The notes beneath the pieces were generated by a model, which had not been told where the DNA came from, searched no databases, and saw only the letters and a program-made list of their open reading frames with translations. The position numbers and the translations under genes were made by a program. Positions 63,688 to 64,000 of a stretch of DNA of 64,000 bases are shown here, piece after piece; positions within the stretch are counted from its first letter, which is position 1, and each line of letters opens with the position of its first letter. Source of the DNA: Octopus bimaculoides (taxonomy: Eukaryota); contig NC_069004.1 in the NCBI RefSeq assembly GCF_001194135.2, positions 22,362,516-22,426,515 on the forward strand, written 5' to 3'.

Positions 63688-63924
63688 GGAGGTGCAATGG
63701 CCCAGTGGTTAGGGCAGCGAACTCGCGGTCATAGGATCGCTGTTTCGATTCCCAGACCGGGCGTTGTGAGTGTTTATTGAGCGAAAACGCCTAAAGCTCC
63801 ACGAGGCTCCAGCAGGGGATGGTGGCGAACCCTGCTGTACTCTTTCACCACAACTTTCTCTTACTTCCTGTTTCTCTTGTGCCTGTAATTCAAAGGGCCA
63901 GCCTTGTCACACTGTGTCACGCTG
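63688..63924 (+). mobile_element. young-looking tRNA-derived SINE
   Basis: A box TGGCCCAGTGG (63698-63708), B box GTTTCGATTCC (63742-63752), CpGs retained, no tRNA acceptor stem, followed by SINE body. Confidence 0.85.
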
Positions 63925-64000
63925 AATATATATATGATATATATATATATATCATATATATATATATCATATATATATATATATCATATATATATCATAT
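63925..64000. repeat. (TA)n/(ATATATC)n low-complexity tail
   Basis: Direct reading. Confidence 0.9.

Noticed and set aside
63688-63765. tRNA gene
   Set aside because: A and B boxes are present, but there is no acceptor stem and the sequence continues into a SINE body also found at ~29290-29555.

Overview
AT-rich, repeat-dominated eukaryotic (animal) genomic DNA from a draft assembly. It has nine N-gaps, most abutting (TA)n microsatellites. The SINE, RTE-LINE, Penelope, mariner and microsatellite content resembles an octopus (coleoid cephalopod) genome; this is an inference from repeat families, not a database hit. I cannot name any host protein-coding gene, and I found no rRNA, genuine tRNA or CRISPR array. 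Nearly all ORFs in the supplied track are microsatellite, gap or transposon artefacts. Supported content: decayed RTE LINEs, Penelope-like elements, a Ty3/Gypsy pol relic, several Tc1/mariner relics and MITEs, piggyBac-type MITEs, two Helitron-type non-autonomous elements, many tRNA-derived SINEs, and a probable bidirectional ETS-motif promoter near 8.05-8.4 kb with weakly supported orphan exons on both strands. Most notable: (i) type I hammerhead ribozyme motifs, intact at 53561-53637 and 4470-4509, each with a core-mutated inverted twin; (ii) a 3075-bp Helitron-type element whose removal exactly restores an RTE reverse-transcriptase frame; (iii) nested, alternative inverted repeats just downstream of the putative first exon; (iv) a possible 28-aa transmembrane micropeptide; (v) a perfect 40-bp (CCCTAA)/(TTAGGG) palindrome at the centre of a foldback element. 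Coordinates were counted by hand; repeat boundaries without terminal motifs are approximate.
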